DNA of 12,059 nucleotides from a virus (Duplodnaviria; Heunggongvirae; Uroviricota; Caudoviricetes): IMG/VR virus record IMGVR_UViG_2541047758_000005, positions 1 to 12,059 of that record; one strand, 5' to 3'. Shown piece by piece: positions 10,135 to 12,059 of this stretch (position 1 is its first letter; each line of letters starts with the position of its first letter). The notes under the pieces were generated by a model. It saw only the letters and a program-made list of their open reading frames with translations, ran no database searches and was not told where the DNA came from. The position numbers and the translations under genes were made by a program.

Positions 10135-11088
10135 ATGCGGGCGAAACTTCTGGGAATAGTCCTGACAACCCCTATTGCGATCAGCTCTTTTGCTTCTACC
10201 GAGACTATATCGTTTACTCCTGACAACATAAATGCGGACATTAGTCTTGGAACTCTGAGCGGAAAAACAAAAGAGCGCGTTTATCTAGCTGAAGAAGGAG
10301 GCCGAAAAGTCAGTCAACTCGACTGGAAATTCAATAACGCTGCAATTATTAAAGGTGCAATTAATTGGGATTTGATGCCCCAGATATCTATTGGGGCTGC
10401 GGGCTGGACTACTCTCGGCAGCCGAGGTGGCAATATGGTCGATCAGGACTGGATGGATTCCAGTAACCCCGGAACCTGGACAGATGAAAGTAGGCACCCT
10501 GATACACAACTCAATTATGCCAACGAATTTGATCTGAATATCAAAGGCTGGCTCCTCAACGAACCCAATTACCGCCTGGGACTCATGGCCGGATATCAGG
10601 AAAGCCGTTATAGCTTTACAGCCAGAGGTGGTTCCTATATCTACAGTTCTGAGGAGGGATTCAGAGATGATATCGGCTCCTTCCCGAATGGAGAAAGAGC
10701 AATCGGCTACAAACAACGTTTTAAAATGCCCTACATTGGCTTGACTGGAAGTTATCGTTATGAAGATTTTGAGCTAGGTGGCACATTTAAATACAGCGGC
10801 TGGGTGGAAGCATCTGATAACGATGAGCACTATGACCCAGGAAAAAGAATCACTTATCGCAGTAAAGTCAAAGACCAAAATTACTATTCTGTTGCAGTCA
10901 ATGCAGGTTATTACGTAACACCTAACGCAAAAGTTTATGTTGAAGGCGCATGGAATCGGGTTACGAATAAAAAAGGTAATACTTCACTTTATGATCACAA
11001 TGATAACACTTCAGACTACAGCAAAAATGGTGCAGGCATAGAAAACTATAACTTCATCACTACTGCTGGTCTTAAGTACACCTTTTAA
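10135..11088 (+). CDS. ompT: Outer-membrane aspartyl protease OmpT (omptin), full length
   Basis: 317-aa ORF MRAKLLGIVLTTPIAISSFASTETISFTPDNINADISLGTLSGKTKERVYLAEEGGRKVSQLDWKF...TTAGLKYTF, near-identical to E. coli OmpT as recalled; GGAG RBS. Confidence 0.97.
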   Translation: MRAKLLGIVLTTPIAISSFASTETISFTPDNINADISLGTLSGKTKERVYLAEEGGRKVSQLDWKFNNAAIIKGAINWDLMPQISIGAAGWTTLGSRGGNMVDQDWMDSSNPGTWTDESRHPDTQLNYANEFDLNIKGWLLNEPNYRLGLMAGYQESRYSFTARGGSYIYSSEEGFRDDIGSFPNGERAIGYKQRFKMPYIGLTGSYRYEDFELGGTFKYSGWVEASDNDEHYDPGKRITYRSKVKDQNYYSVAVNAGYYVTPNAKVYVEGAWNRVTNKKGNTSLYDHNDNTSDYSKNGAGIENYNFITTAGLKYTF

Positions 11089-11107
11089 CGAAGTTAACCA
11101 GATTTTC

Positions 11108-11143
11108 TCCCCGGTGGTATTGTATAACCCCGGGGAATTTGTT
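11108..11143 (+). terminator. Candidate ompT terminator hairpin (tccccgg ... ccgggga, 15-nt loop) followed by aatttgttt
   Basis: 7-bp GC-rich inverted repeat 11108-11114 / 11130-11136, 20 nt after the ompT stop; loop is large, so confidence is modest. Confidence 0.4.
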
Positions 11144-11264
11144 TACAGTTACAAGTAGACAATATCCACTAATTTTGTAAGCATTTAACCTATGTCATAA
11201 CGTGTAATCTCTTACCGCAACACAAGACCTCAATATATTCAAATCTTATCTTTATTCCGATATT

Positions 11265-12059
11265 CAGAGACACAATGCGAAAAATAATTACTCATTTCAA
11301 AGTTGTTTTAACGTTACTTCTACCAGTAACCGTATCTGCCCAGCAGATACAGTGGCAATCCTGTATGGCCAGTCAATTCAACCACTGGTTTGGTGAGGAA
11401 AAACCGTCTCCTGACTTACTATGTGGTTATTTGTCTGTTCCATTAAAATATACAGACACAGGCGGAGATGCTTCTTATGAAAAAAAATCACAAGTCAAAC
11501 TAGCGTTGACAAAATTGCCGGCAAAAAGCAAGCATAAAGGAAGTATCCTGATAATAAGTGGTGGTCCCGGGTTACCAGGCATAAATCCTTATATTAACTT
11601 TGACTGGCCAGTCACAAATCTTCGTGAGTCATGGGATATTATTGGATTTGATCCTCGAGGCGTCGGACAGTCCACTCCGACAATAAACTGCCGGCAATCA
11701 GATACAGAGACTCAGGAAAACATAACCGAAAAGCAACAAGTATTAAATAAAATTAATGCCTGTATCCATAATACCGGAGCCGAAGTCATTCGCCATATCG
11801 GCTCTAACGAGGCTGTATACGATATTGATCGTATTAGGCAAGCCTTGGGGGATAAGCAACTGACAGCCGTGGCGTATTCGTATGGAACTCAAATTGCAGC
11901 CTTATATGCAGAACGTTTTCCCTACAACGTAAGATCTATCGTTCTTGATGGAGTCGTCGATATCGATGACCTGGAGGACAACTTCACATGGCAACTCAAA
12001 CAGGCACAGAGTTATCAGGAAACGTTTGATCGCTTTGCATCCTGGTGTGCGCGTACAAA
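11265..12059 (+). CDS. Secreted alpha/beta-hydrolase, S33 (prolyl/tripeptidyl aminopeptidase)-like; 5' part only, continues past window end
   Basis: Hand translation from ATG 11265: 265 codons with no stop to the window end (not in the ORF track because it has no stop); signal peptide MRKIITHFKVVLTLLLPVTVSA/QQ; oxyanion-hole-type motif ILIISGGPGLPG and nucleophile-elbow-type motif AYSYGTQ. Confidence 0.8.

Noticed and set aside
9918-10716. Minus ORFs 9918..10241 and 10285..10716
   Set aside because: The first is an AT-rich hydrophobic shadow ORF running into the ompT start; the second is antisense inside ompT.

Overview
The window is the late/packaging end of a defective lambdoid prophage (a lambda/21/82-type mosaic, similar in content to the E. 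coli DLP12 family), lying on the minus strand, followed by ompT and a secreted hydrolase gene. Reading the minus strand from high to low coordinates: a zinc-ribbon ORF broken by an in-frame TAG, antiterminator Q, a porin gene inserted antisense (plus strand), then a phage-21-type pinholin and SAR endolysin with lambda-like Rz/Rz1. Next come bor (plus strand) and three small cos-proximal genes, a lambda-type cos site (cosN, three cosB R-boxes), intact terminase Nu1 and A, and gpW. The portal gene B is cut off after about 102 codons and joined to a tail-fibre remnant and a start-less tail-fibre-assembly gene, so the whole head/tail module is missing. To the right, past an AT-rich spacer, are an intact ompT (plus) and the 5' part of a signal-peptide-bearing alpha/beta-hydrolase. 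No rRNA, tRNA, CRISPR array, IS element or integrase/att site was recognised. All identifications rest on reading the supplied translations and the DNA by eye and on recall of well-known phage lambda, phage 21 and E. coli K-12 proteins; no database search was run.
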